Below, piece by piece: positions 10,404 to 19,794 of a DNA stretch of 64,000 nt. The notes below the pieces were generated by a model that worked only from the letters and a program-made list of their open reading frames with translations, ran no database searches and was not told the DNA's origin. The translations under genes were made by a program, and so were the position numbers. The stretch is from a virus (Duplodnaviria; Heunggongvirae; Uroviricota; Caudoviricetes): positions 64,097-128,096 of the IMG/VR virus record IMGVR_UViG_3300018080_000113. One strand, written 5' to 3'. How positions within the stretch are numbered: position 1 is the first letter of the stretch; the number at the start of each line of letters is the position of its first letter.

Positions 10404-11150
10404 TTATTGATGTAGCATTACGCCTTCTCTACCAAGCATAGACCTAGAACTCATCTGTCCTCTATTCATGGCCTGCAAAGACTGTTGTCTCATGGTAGAT
10501 GCTTTGCGTGTTTGAAATGCAGACATATCATTTGTCCAGTTAAGATTTCTTTTAGATCTTTCTCTTTCAACCATTCTGTCTGGAATCCTGCTAAGAGCCT
10601 GGAATCCTTCGTCAGAACTAATGGCGCCCATAAGCCCACCAGCTATAGCTCCTATTGCAGTTCCTACACCAGGAAGAATCGCAGAGCCAATACTCATTCC
10701 TACTCGCGAACCAATTTCCCAACCAACCTGTCCAACTAAACCGCCAGTTGCTGCTCTAGCCTTCTCTTGTCCACTACCTGGCGTTAGTACGGCTGGCAGT
10801 CCAATAAGTGCAGCGCCGACACCAACTCTTGCAGCAGAGCGTAAAGCACTTACCTTTCCTGGGCCTTTTGATGCTTTTGCTATAGCATTCCTAATATTAA
10901 GATTGTGTGGATCTACTTTTTGCATTCGTCGAAGATTAGAAAGATGTTCTGGGCTTCCAAAGCCGACCTTTCTCCTCCATGGAGCCTTTATTGCTTCTCT
11001 GGTTGTTGGCGCAAACATACTGCTAGCAAAGCCACCACCGCGAGCCATAGCAGAAGGAAAAGAACTTTTAGCAAACTGATGCAGGTCCCAAGATAACTCT
11101 TGACGAATAGTAGAGTTAATCCCATGTGGATTTTGGGAAAACCATTTCAT
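10404..11150 (-). CDS. Gly/Ala-rich hydrophobic protein (possible internal virion/ejection protein)
   Basis: 248-aa ORF with GxxxG-rich segments; in the structural operon. Confidence 0.5.
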   Translation of the reverse strand: MKWFSQNPHGINSTIRQELSWDLHQFAKSSFPSAMARGGGFASSMFAPTTREAIKAPWRRKVGFGSPEHLSNLRRMQKVDPHNLNIRNAIAKASKGPGKVSALRSAARVGVGAALIGLPAVLTPGSGQEKARAATGGLVGQVGWEIGSRVGMSIGSAILPGVGTAIGAIAGGLMGAISSDEGFQALSRIPDRMVERERSKRNLNWTNDMSAFQTRKASTMRQQSLQAMNRGQMSSRSMLGREGVMLHQ

Positions 11151-11153
11151 AGA

Positions 11154-11642
11154 TTAATAGCCTCTATTTGAGGAAAGAACAGAAGAACCAATATGAGCCG
11201 CAGAAGCAGTGCCAATTGCGCCCATTGCCATGCCGCCATATTTATTAACAGCAGTAGCATTACGTCCTATAGCACTACGAGCGCCAGCCATACCCATGCC
11301 AACGCCTCTTGCCATATCTGCACCGTATCCAGCAGCAACTCCGCCAAGTCCAGTTCCGCCTACAAGAGATCTAGCTGCTGCGTTAGTAAGTTTACCTCTT
11401 CCCCATTTGGCTCCTCGAATGCCCATTCCTAAAGCACCACGAGACATTCCTGCAATGCCACCACGTCTACGCGCAAGATTCCCAGCCATCTTTACTCCTG
11501 CTCCACCCATAAGACCACCGCCAAGTGCTCCGCCTGCAGCGCCCATCCAGCCGCCGCCACCAGAACCGCCATAAATACCACCAGCAGCTGCTCCCCAAGC
11601 TGTTCTACCTAAAAGACTCATATCTTCACTCCCTTTGATCAA
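11154..11642 (-). CDS. glycine-rich protein (possible internal virion protein)
   Basis: 162-aa ORF, more than 40% Gly/Ala/Met. Plus-strand Pro/Ala-rich ORFs overlapping it are antisense artefacts. Confidence 0.5.
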   Translation of the reverse strand: MIKGSEDMSLLGRTAWGAAAGGIYGGSGGGGWMGAAGGALGGGLMGGAGVKMAGNLARRRGGIAGMSRGALGMGIRGAKWGRGKLTNAAARSLVGGTGLGGVAAGYGADMARGVGMGMAGARSAIGRNATAVNKYGGMAMGAIGTASAAHIGSSVLSSNRGY

Positions 11643-11665
11643 AGAAAAAGTTGTATACAGTTATA

Positions 11666-13033
11666 TTATACACCATTAGTTGGTTTGGTTGAACTAAACC
11701 CAGAATGCTTACGCCCAGCATTGTGTGCAGCTCTATGTCCAATTCCTACAGCGTCAGTGCTAACTTGTCTGAACTTAGCCATCCTTTTAGCTCTTGCTTG
11801 ATTTGATTGATAGCTACTTTGTTTTGCAGACATAACAGTTCCCCAATCATCAAAGAAATCATTTTCTTGAGAGACAGACGCAACTGAAGGCTGAATGGAA
11901 ATTGGCGTACTAATTTTATCTGCAATAGCAGATTCCATAACTCCTAATTGATTAGACTCAATCGGTTTATTTGATGTCTTGGCAAGACCAAAATCTAACC
12001 ACGAAACACGATTTGTTACCTCGTCGTATAGTACATTACCTCTATGAATATCAGGATTAAAAACACCACGCTGGCCAGCAATAACGGATTCTGCTTTAAT
12101 CTTGTTAACTATATTTTCTGGAACATTTTCCATGCTATTAAGTGTTTTGCCAGGCATATATTCCATATACAAAGAACTAGACTTTTGGTCAAACATATAT
12201 GGAGAAGGAGATATTCTGTCTGACACTTTACCAAGAGCAGCATATTCTGATTTCAATGCCTCTTGTCTTCTGCCAATACTTGGAGCCAAGTCGTCACCAA
12301 AACCAGCAAACTTCTCAGCAATCGAAGAATTAATATCTTTCTTAACATACTGGAAAGTATTTCCTCCTATTTGTGTTTCCATTAACGTAGCAGAACCATA
12401 AAGGCCCTCTCCAAGTTGTTTTATTTCTTTGCCGCTAGCAAGCGCCTCCCTAAAAGATGAACTAGCCTTTAATCGACGTACCGAGTCGTCTGTATTTCTG
12501 AACATTTGTTTGGCCAAAGATTTCATTGGGTCCCAGCCAGAACCAAATTCTGTTAAGGAATGACGCACATGTTGTTTTAGGCCAGAATCTGAAAGACCTT
12601 CAATAGTATTGTGCACATCGTCAAAACCAGAAAACCGCATTCCGTTGATAGCTTCTTTGGCAGCTACGTCATTTGAACCAGTCATTCCTGCGCCAGCAAA
12701 CCAAAGAGCATTGGTCGCTACAGAAGCACCTGTTGCAACACCCCATTGTTTCCAACCTCTCATCCCTGCTGATTTAGCACCAACACGAGCTGCCTCCCAT
12801 GCTGTAGAAGAAGCAGCATTTTGCCAAAAGCTTCCTGGAAAAAGCATATTAGTGCCAACAAAAGCAGCAGAGTAGCTTAATACATTTCCAGACTTTACTT
12901 TAGGTGCTATTTTGCTAAGTTGTTTTAATTTAGGCTTTGGAGTTTCTTTTATTTGTTTATTGCGGAGCCAATCATCATAACCCTTATCACGAAATGTATG
13001 AAGGCTTTCTTCTGGATTTATTAATTTGCTCAA
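11666..13033 (-). CDS. hypothetical virion protein
   Basis: 455-aa ORF. Confidence 0.5.
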   Translation of the reverse strand: MSKLINPEESLHTFRDKGYDDWLRNKQIKETPKPKLKQLSKIAPKVKSGNVLSYSAAFVGTNMLFPGSFWQNAASSTAWEAARVGAKSAGMRGWKQWGVATGASVATNALWFAGAGMTGSNDVAAKEAINGMRFSGFDDVHNTIEGLSDSGLKQHVRHSLTEFGSGWDPMKSLAKQMFRNTDDSVRRLKASSSFREALASGKEIKQLGEGLYGSATLMETQIGGNTFQYVKKDINSSIAEKFAGFGDDLAPSIGRRQEALKSEYAALGKVSDRISPSPYMFDQKSSSLYMEYMPGKTLNSMENVPENIVNKIKAESVIAGQRGVFNPDIHRGNVLYDEVTNRVSWLDFGLAKTSNKPIESNQLGVMESAIADKISTPISIQPSVASVSQENDFFDDWGTVMSAKQSSYQSNQARAKRMAKFRQVSTDAVGIGHRAAHNAGRKHSGFSSTKPTNGV

Positions 13034-13048
13034 AAATAATCACTACCT

Positions 13049-13846
13049 TTATTCAGATTCTTCCCAATCTGCATCTGTAACAAGATCTTCAGACACTTTC
13101 TTAGCGTCTTCTTTGATTTTATCAAGAGATGACAGTTGAGTGCTAGCGACATCGCCCGCAAAGGTAGATTTTAATTCTGCAAGGTAGGTTGAAGCGTCTG
13201 TATCATCAGACTTCTTAAGAGCAGCAGCCTTCTTGTATTTCTCTCTACGGGTAGTGGCCATTGAATCAAGAATCTGCATTCGTTCCTTATGTGCTCTTGA
13301 TTTAGCCTCTAGCAATGGATGAAGAGCAACTGACTCTGACATTGTTTTACCATTATCAACAACTGATGTAGAAAGTAGAGTTGCAGCTTCTTCATCTGCT
13401 CCGCCTGATAAACCAAGATTGGCCCTAAAATCAATAAGGTCACATTCTACTAGTTTATTGATTAGAACCATCTCTGTTGGACTCTCTGGGTCTACAGCAA
13501 GATCTTCCATATAGCTCTTAGTAAGAGACTGCACCATTCTTGTTTCTACAAGACATTGTTTTCCAAGAGGCCAGTTCTTATTATCATGGAAAGGACATAG
13601 TTTGTTAGGACACTTTTGTCCTCCGCAAATCATTGGAATTGCAGCAGAAACTCCATGTTTCATTCTAACAATAGTATTCTTGAACTTTAACGCCTGGTCG
13701 GGTGTCATTGTCGTATGGCTATAGTCAGACAAGTCTGTACCTAAGAAATCAAAGAACTTAGACTTCTCTAGTTTGCCATCAATAAGTGCATGGCCGTCTA
13801 ATACCATTAATTCGCCCTTAGGCTTGCCTGAACCTTCTCCGCCCAT
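13049..13846 (-). CDS. hypothetical protein with Cys cluster (CGGQKCPNKLCPFHD); possible terminase small subunit, unproven
   Basis: 265-aa ORF upstream of the virion proteins and terL. Confidence 0.45.
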   Translation of the reverse strand: MGGEGSGKPKGELMVLDGHALIDGKLEKSKFFDFLGTDLSDYSHTTMTPDQALKFKNTIVRMKHGVSAAIPMICGGQKCPNKLCPFHDNKNWPLGKQCLVETRMVQSLTKSYMEDLAVDPESPTEMVLINKLVECDLIDFRANLGLSGGADEEAATLLSTSVVDNGKTMSESVALHPLLEAKSRAHKERMQILDSMATTRREKYKKAAALKKSDDTDASTYLAELKSTFAGDVASTQLSSLDKIKEDAKKVSEDLVTDADWEESE

Positions 13847-13848
13847 GG

Positions 13849-14292
13849 TTATTTGCGCCCTTCTCCGGTAGTTGCAAATCCTAATGGTTCTCCAGTGTGG
13901 TCTGTTATAAAATCATGATATTCGAAACTTAACTGCGGATTCGCTTTTTTAGGCAACGTGGGCCTATAATCAAACGGAACTGCTCCATCCAACTCATCAG
14001 GAGTTGCAACACCTCTAATAAAAGCTTGTGCATCAAAATGACGTGCAAAGATATAGTATGGCATCTCCATGACGCCTGTAGAGCATCCTAAGGTGATCCA
14101 GCCATTATGAGGGTCATCGCCTAGGATTGTATATACAGTGGACTGTGTGAAGTCTAGGAAGCTATCAGTGCATACTGTTACAGCACCTGAAGGAACTTTG
14201 AATTCACACCTAGAAGTATTGGGATGTACGACCCACCAAGACTCTCCTTCTTTTAATGGATAGTCAATTGGGCTTAGTCTAATCTTTTTCAT
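13849..14292 (-). CDS. hypothetical protein
   Basis: 147-aa ORF. Confidence 0.45.
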   Translation of the reverse strand: MKKIRLSPIDYPLKEGESWWVVHPNTSRCEFKVPSGAVTVCTDSFLDFTQSTVYTILGDDPHNGWITLGCSTGVMEMPYYIFARHFDAQAFIRGVATPDELDGAVPFDYRPTLPKKANPQLSFEYHDFITDHTGEPLGFATTGEGRK

Positions 14293-14589
14293 TTAGTCCT
14301 TGCCTTGTGTTTCTTTAATGTCTTCCATTACGCAAAGGAAGTTTTTCTCTTTTGCGAACTCATATTCTGTATCTTCGTGTTCTGTCTTTAGTCCTGTATG
14401 AGTTGGGACCATTACAATGTCTCCTGCCTTCAATAGAGAATGTTTATTTGCCTCGGGACCAAAAGAAAGAATCTCAACATATTTAATTGTCTCTTCCTCT
14501 TTGGTGACTAGTAAGATGCCAGAGTCGGTAATCTTTTCTTCTTGTTTAATGGGTTTGGTTAGAATCCATTCATTGGTCGGTTTAAGCAT
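14293..14589 (-). CDS. groES: GroES-like co-chaperonin (T4 gp31-like)
   Basis: 98 aa. Pattern ILxKPI..EEKTxSGILL...GP......AGDIVM...G matches the Cpn10 fold. Confidence 0.65.
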   Translation of the reverse strand: MLKPTNEWILTKPIKQEEKITDSGILLVTKEEETIKYVEILSFGPEANKHSLLKAGDIVMVPTHTGLKTEHEDTEYEFAKEKNFLCVMEDIKETQGKD

Positions 14590-14595
14590 ATTGTT

Positions 14596-14883
14596 TTACT
14601 CCTCGTAGTGTTTGCTCCAACTATGATAGAGCCAATTGATCTCTTTGGCAACTGTTTTGGCCTGATCGTTTAAAAAGAATTGTTTGGCCATGGCGGCGTA
14701 GCGACAATCTTCACCATTCTTTTCTGACCAGAATTTAAACTGTTTAACAAACGAATTACGTTCGGTTCCGAGAGCTTCTGCTAAATCTATAAGTTTACTT
14801 AAGACTTTGGGCTTGGCGAATTCTATTAGGGACTCTCTAAGAGCTGCTAGTTTAAGGAGGGTTTCATTGCGTGGGTCATTCAT
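14596..14883 (-). CDS. hypothetical protein
   Basis: 95-aa ORF. Confidence 0.45.
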   Translation of the reverse strand: MNDPRNETLLKLAALRESLIEFAKPKVLSKLIDLAEALGTERNSFVKQFKFWSEKNGEDCRYAAMAKQFFLNDQAKTVAKEINWLYHSWSKHYEE

Positions 14884-14886
14884 GTA

Positions 14887-15261
14887 TCACCTATTGTTTC
14901 TAGTGTGAATAATTTCAAATATCTTATCTACTTTATCTTTAATCTCTTTTATATCCTCTTTTTGGTCACATAAACTCTGATCAAGTCTTGAGAAGTCTTC
15001 TTTTGGAACGTATTGCTTCTCAAAGGATTTTTGTAGTTCTTGTTTAGTAACATAGTCTTGATCAGCTGTCCAGGCTCTAATATCAGAATGTTCTGAACTT
15101 GCCCACACGACAGCTGCCACGGTTAACGAAAGAATTGTAAGAATCAATCCAATCCATTTAGGCCAATCAGGCTGTGACTTCTTAATGGCTATTGCGATCT
15201 TGTCGTCAGTTTCAGTCAAGTTGTTTCCTCCTTTAAAGCCCCAGTTTATAGTCACCCACAT
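14887..15261 (-). CDS. membrane protein (single TM helix)
   Basis: 124-aa ORF with a hydrophobic segment WIGLILTILSLTVAAVVWA. Confidence 0.45.
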   Translation of the reverse strand: MWVTINWGFKGGNNLTETDDKIAIAIKKSQPDWPKWIGLILTILSLTVAAVVWASSEHSDIRAWTADQDYVTKQELQKSFEKQYVPKEDFSRLDQSLCDQKEDIKEIKDKVDKIFEIIHTRNNR

Positions 15262-15321
15262 GACAAGTATATCACAAGAAGATATAAAGAATTAAAAGAA
15301 GGAAAAGAAAAGATAGGAGTC

Positions 15322-15714
15322 TTAGGAATTGCCAAATAGTAAAAGCTTTTTACTCTTTTTATCTTCTGCCAGCGGGATAAAAATTGTAAGTAGGCCATTA
15401 TCAAGAGAAACTTTAGTTTTTGTTAGATCAAGTTCTTTTGCAATTTGTAGCTTGTGATTAAAGCTACATTTAAACTTATCAGGAATTTCCTTTTCTGAAT
15501 TGTCTCCCTTGATATATAGAATCTGTCCATCTGACTCTACAAGTACATCTTTTTCTGAGAGTCCTGCAACTGCCATTGTGACAGTCCAACCAAGAAGTGA
15601 TGAATCATATTTGCCATCATATGCAGGAGATACATCCATTGGTGGTTTTGGCGCTGTTGGGAAGTTAAAAAATAGTTCATCGAACAGTTGAGGGAAATCA
15701 CGATTGAGTACCAT
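15322..15714 (-). CDS. hsp20: small heat-shock protein, Hsp20/alpha-crystallin family
   Basis: 130 aa. Alpha-crystallin core DVLVESDGQILYIKGD ... SLDNGLLTIFIPL. First gene of the minus-strand block. Confidence 0.7.
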   Translation of the reverse strand: MVLNRDFPQLFDELFFNFPTAPKPPMDVSPAYDGKYDSSLLGWTVTMAVAGLSEKDVLVESDGQILYIKGDNSEKEIPDKFKCSFNHKLQIAKELDLTKTKVSLDNGLLTIFIPLAEDKKSKKLLLFGNS

Positions 15715-15877
15715 TGTCTCATCCTCCTATTAGGTTCCCTAAAATATGTAGGGAAGTGTAGGGTCATTATTGACCACTGTCTCCTTATATAAGGAGTACA
15801 TATACATATATAGTCACGATTCTTATAGTGTCAAGATTTAGAATAAAAATATTTTAGAAATAATCAAAAACCTATGT

Positions 15878-15951
15878 GGAAACTGAAATGAAAAATTATG
15901 GTGATACCTTTTCTAGAGAGAAACTGAAAAGAAATATATTTTGGTAATACC
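15878..15951. repeat. two ~32-nt direct repeats (GAAACTGAAA...GGTGATACC / GGTAATACC) in the divergent intergenic region
   Basis: Seen directly at 15878-15908 and 15918-15951, upstream of the GC-rich plus-strand ORF and of the hsp20 operon start. Confidence 0.5.
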
Positions 15952-16041
15952 TAGTATGAAGTGTAGGGGTGGTAGGTGCCCCTCTGTGTTCGGAGCCCAC
16001 GGGGTCCACAACAGCTGCAAGGCGCAGCAGAAGGAGTCGTC

Positions 16042-16362
16042 ATGACTAATCAAAACAACACAACTAACAACAATAACAATACTCTGAGATTCAGTGATTT
16101 AAGTGTACAAGAGAATATTGAAGACACTATCAGGATGATGAGTCCTATTGTTAATGAAGAGGTGACTACTCCTGGTAGTACACCTGTGTACATGAGTGTG
16201 AGGGACGAGTGTACCGTCCCTGATGCTATCAGTGGAGAGGACAGACTAGCGTACGTGTGTACGTTGGTCGTACTTAACAATATGAGTAGCACTGACCTTA
16301 GTGCTGCTCTAGACGAGGCAGAGGAGAGAGTACTGTGGCTCTCACTGGTGAACGGTACGTAG
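16042..16362 (+). CDS. hypothetical protein, GC-rich foreign composition (N-terminus MTNQNNTTNNNNN)
   Basis: ATG 16042 preceded by AGGAGTC. Shares its SD+ATGAC start context and Asn/Thr-rich N-terminus with the 16672 gene. Confidence 0.4.
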   Translation: MTNQNNTTNNNNNTLRFSDLSVQENIEDTIRMMSPIVNEEVTTPGSTPVYMSVRDECTVPDAISGEDRLAYVCTLVVLNNMSSTDLSAALDEAEERVLWLSLVNGT

Positions 16363-16399
16363 ATAGCAGTAGTAGCGGTAGTAGGGCGTAGGTACTCAG

Positions 16400-16580
16400 G
16401 CCTACCTGTGTGTTCAAGTCACACTCACCCTGTATATGTACATGTGTGTACACTAAGGCCCAGTCTACATGGTAGATGGATGGGAGATACACTGGTGTGT
16501 GCATGTATGTACGTATGTGTATCTGTATGTGTATGCATACAGGTACATGCATGGGTATATGTGTATAGGTACGTATGGTA
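16400..16580. repeat. GT/AC-rich alternating purine-pyrimidine low-complexity tract (TGTATG/TGCATG-like units)
   Basis: Seen directly. ORFs across it on either strand are low-complexity artefacts. Confidence 0.6.
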
Positions 16581-16581
16581 T

Positions 16582-16660
16582 GTGCCTATATGTGTATACC
16601 CCTATATAAGGGTACCCCTATATGGAGGGGTGCCTATATGACATGCCCTATATGGGGCAA
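16582..16660. repeat. five iteron-like direct repeats G(Y)RCC(C)CTATAT(R)(R)
   Basis: Copies of CCTATAT at 16584, 16602, 16617, 16633 and 16646 with conserved flanks, immediately upstream of the 16672 gene. Confidence 0.55.
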
Positions 16661-16671
16661 AGGAGTCTATC

Positions 16672-17652
16672 ATGACAACTCTCAATAACAACACCCTCGT
16701 CGTCGCCATCGCCAACGCCCGCAACCTCAACGGTCTGACCCAAGAGGCCAAGGCTGTAGAGAACAAGTGGTGGGGTGACCTATCCCTGGCATGGGATGCC
16801 ATCAGGGAACTAAACCCTGTAGACGACACCACCGGTGAGAGGGATGAGGCTATCGTAGGGCGCTGCTATGGGGAGAGCCATGTGGCAGAGGCCTATGGTA
16901 TCAACTGGATCGAGATGCACTGTGATCGGGAGCTGTGGGACATGGAACAGAGAGATTTGGCCCTCAGGGACATGTATCCTGTAGCAAAGAAGTTGGCCAG
17001 AGAGGCCATCAGTGAGAAACAACAAGATGCAGCCAAACATCTTATGGTAGCCGTAATCAACATGGGCAGGTCCACTGTAGAGGACATGAATAAGTACGAT
17101 GGGGCCAAAAGGATGGATGATAGGGCCAATGAGCTGAAGAGCGACTACACCTCCAGGTGGGAGCGTAGCCGTATGCTCCTAGAGTATATCTCTGAAGGCA
17201 TCAATGACTGGGACGCTAAAACCGTCCTTAAGTATATCAACCTCTGTGACAGGAGGAACAAGCTCGACAAGAAAGATGAGTATCGGATGCTCTTCCCGTT
17301 CTACATTGCCAGCGGTGTACTACTGCATGCCGCTATGGCAGAAAGGGGCTACGGCAAACTCCAAAACAGAAGCAAGGGACTGCTCAATTGGTTCTTGGAG
17401 AAGTATGACCATCATGACGTAGAGGCACAGGTAGTACCCCAAGAGGATGATGAAGTAGTCAAGTTCGGGTTCGATGAGAACCGGGACAGTGACGAAGAGG
17501 CGACCGATAAGGTGGCAGGGAATGCCTTCTCTGTCAATGTGGATAGCATGATAGACCTTAAGGACTATTGTGTTCGAGAGGCAGGAAAGAGAGGTGTTAC
17601 TCCCATGGAGGTGCTAGAGGAGATAGATGAGAGTCAGGTCAACTGGCTCTAG
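16672..17652 (+). CDS. hypothetical protein, GC-rich (~55-60% GC versus ~37% background)
   Basis: 326-aa ORF with AGGAGTC SD; codon usage is clearly atypical for this genome. Confidence 0.55.
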   Translation: MTTLNNNTLVVAIANARNLNGLTQEAKAVENKWWGDLSLAWDAIRELNPVDDTTGERDEAIVGRCYGESHVAEAYGINWIEMHCDRELWDMEQRDLALRDMYPVAKKLAREAISEKQQDAAKHLMVAVINMGRSTVEDMNKYDGAKRMDDRANELKSDYTSRWERSRMLLEYISEGINDWDAKTVLKYINLCDRRNKLDKKDEYRMLFPFYIASGVLLHAAMAERGYGKLQNRSKGLLNWFLEKYDHHDVEAQVVPQEDDEVVKFGFDENRDSDEEATDKVAGNAFSVNVDSMIDLKDYCVREAGKRGVTPMEVLEEIDESQVNWL

Positions 17653-17659
17653 CCCTTAG

Positions 17660-18115
17660 GGCTGTAGGTATTTAGGCCTGCTTGCTGTTCGAGTCAGCAC
17701 AGCTCTATACCACGCTTCGCTCCGCTCCCTTCGGTCGCTTCGCTCAGCTACTCGCTGCAGCTCGCCTCTTGCTTGCGCAAGAGTCAAGCCTCCGCTCAAA
17801 CATCGTAGACAGAGCTTCGCTCCGTCTCAGGCACACCTCTTGCTGTCGCAAGAGTTGCGCCTTCAACTACGCTTCGCATTGAACTCGCTCACTTCGTTCG
17901 CTCAAACATCAATCATCAACTCCGCTTCGCTGCGGCACAGCTCTTGCTTACGCAAGACCTCTGCCTTCGCTTCACTTCATACGGAGCTGACAATTGGACG
18001 TTACCAACTGACGTCTTCGACATCAATTGGACAACTTGAACCCTTCAGGTTCTTCGACATCAGTCGTCGTTATCACTCCTCCTTTCGAGCACATGCGGAT
18101 ATAAGAGCGAGATAG
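17660..18115. repeat. GC-rich array of CGCTTCGC units and three hairpins with stems CTCTTGC / GCAAGAG
   Basis: CGCTTCGCT-like units occur at least 6 times. Hairpins lie at roughly 17768, 17838 and 17942. AGCCCTTAGGGCT hairpin at 17654. Confidence 0.6.
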
Positions 18116-18642
18116 TAGATGTACTTGTAGTCTCTATCCATAGAACTATTCGCTTTGCTTTATGTATTGAGTAGTTGTTATTTGATACCTACAGAGTGGG
18201 TGTTTCGCCCCAAGAAGAAGCTGGGTTGTTTGTCCCGAAACAAGCTCTAAATGCATACACATACAGACAGAGTTTTATCTCCCCCCGTGGAGCAATGTGA
18301 CTCTATTTGTCTAAGTGTTTGTAATCATTAGATAGTGAGTTTGATTGTTTATGCATAGTATTGTTTGATACATGCATGAATTATGTTGTTTTGCTGCGGC
18401 AAACACACTCACTGATGGCACAATCATATATTCCCATACAGTAATATATACTGTACTGCTTACAGAATAACACCGTAAGGGATAAGCCTTATGACTGTTA
18501 GGTAGTTAGGGAGTATTAGGGGAACTGTTTAGAATCATTGGGATTCTGTTCTCCTTAGGTGTTGTAGAAGGAAGGTATTTTACTGTACCTAGGTAGTTTT
18601 CAAGGTATAGTCTATTTGTTACAAACGAACAGGAGGTATCTA

Positions 18643-18789
18643 ATGCCTACAAGGAATGTGGTGAAAGAACTGGTTAAAGATTTCAACTGTCTTGAGTGTG
18701 GGTGTTATGAAACAGTCACAAAGGAAATAGGTGAGCAATTGGAATACAGTTTTGATACGCCCGAAGAGAAAGAATTCTGTTATGGATAA
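18643..18789 (+). CDS. small Cys-containing protein (48 aa)
   Basis: ACAGGAGG SD, ATG 18643; first gene of the plus-strand block. Confidence 0.4.
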   Translation: MPTRNVVKELVKDFNCLECGCYETVTKEIGEQLEYSFDTPEEKEFCYG

Positions 18790-19104
18790 GGAGAATGTCA
18801 TGAACAATGAAATGAAAGTAGTCGAAAGGAGTTCAACAAATGAGTGATGTAATCAAAGCAATCCGTGAAGTCATGGCAATCATCATGGGCTCTGAATCAG
18901 AGACAGCACTCAATCAGCTCAATGATGAGTTACAGGTACAACCAATCACACCATGGAGCGTAGAGTGATGTGGGGAATCGTAGCACTGGTAGTAATCCCT
19001 CTTGCAGTCATCGTATTGTTATGTGATTTGTTCGAAGGCAAGTTTTAATGTGGGCAATATTGTTGATAATTATCGTAATAGTAATGTGCACAAAGGAGTA
19101 ACTC

Positions 19105-19326
19105 ATGGACAACAAATGGACAGCAGAAATGAGTCATGAACGATTCCAAGCAATTCAAACCAGGATTACAGAACAATTCGACCAAGCAGTTGACCCAGTG
19201 TGGGTTGCAGCATTCATCGACCAGGTCGTTGACAATGAACTAGAACTCTACAGTCAAACTCCATGTGACACTTGTGAACACAACTACAGCAACTCGTGTA
19301 TTGAGGCTAACTGTCCTCACATCTAA
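19105..19326 (+). CDS. hypothetical protein with Cys-rich C-terminus
   Basis: 73-aa ORF. Confidence 0.45.
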   Translation: MDNKWTAEMSHERFQAIQTRITEQFDQAVDPVWVAAFIDQVVDNELELYSQTPCDTCEHNYSNSCIEANCPHI

Positions 19327-19338
19327 GGAGATACTGTC

Positions 19339-19575
19339 ATGAACTGGGCATCTATCAAAGAAGCAACAGTCAAAGCAGCAACCGCAACAACACAAATCGT
19401 CCAAGCAATCAACTTCAACATTGATGCCATAGAGTATAAGTGCTTCGGAGACTTAGATGCCAAGGCAGACGTACTCTTCGACGAGTGGGGCAATATCATC
19501 GCAACCAAATCAAGAAATGCCAAAGACTGGACCGTAAGCAAGTTCAAGGAGACTGACAATGACATTCAACGGTAG
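19339..19575 (+). CDS. hypothetical protein
   Basis: 78-aa ORF. Confidence 0.45.
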   Translation: MNWASIKEATVKAATATTQIVQAINFNIDAIEYKCFGDLDAKADVLFDEWGNIIATKSRNAKDWTVSKFKETDNDIQR

Positions 19576-19783
19576 AAAGCTAACCGCCAAAGAGATGCAA
19601 CTGTATATTCAAGGTAGATGTATCTGCTGTGGGCAAGAAAGAAAAACAAATTACTTCTGTAACCCAGATGTTGAGTGTATCAAATGCTACAAGACAAGAA
19701 CTCGCATCCACGACCAAGCATATGACCATCTCTATAAAAGCAAACAATCTCTTCAACAAACTGAAGAAAGTAGGCTTCAGTAA
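19559..19783 (+). CDS. Cys-rich small protein (CICCGQ...CNPDVECIKC)
   Basis: 74-aa ORF. Confidence 0.45.
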   Translation: MTFNGRKLTAKEMQLYIQGRCICCGQERKTNYFCNPDVECIKCYKTRTRIHDQAYDHLYKSKQSLQQTEESRLQ

Positions 19784-19794
19784 AGGATAAGACA

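Noticed and set aside
10621-11574. Plus-strand ORFs 10621..11079, 11193..11432 and 11209..11574 (Pro/Ala/Ser-rich)
   Set aside because: Antisense translations of the Gly/Ala-rich minus-strand genes. They have low-complexity composition and no SD.
16400-16660. GT/AC alternating tract and TATA-like repeats suggesting eukaryotic contamination or chimeric assembly
   Set aside because: Flanking ORFs have bacterial SD sequences identical in style to each other. The island is bounded by phage genes on both sides without any other discontinuity. Treated as an acquired island or origin-like region instead.
16298-16832. ORFs 16298..16552 (-), 16408..16641 (+) and 16602..16832 (-) with His/Val/Tyr-rich low-complexity products
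   Set aside because: Generated by the GT/AC microsatellite-like tract and the antisense of the GC-rich gene; not credible proteins.
17682-18115. ORFs 17682..17882 and 17840..18115 (+) (Leu/Ser/Arg-rich)
   Set aside because: They read through the GC-rich CGCTTCGC hairpin array, have no SD and are low complexity. The region is better explained as structured non-coding DNA.
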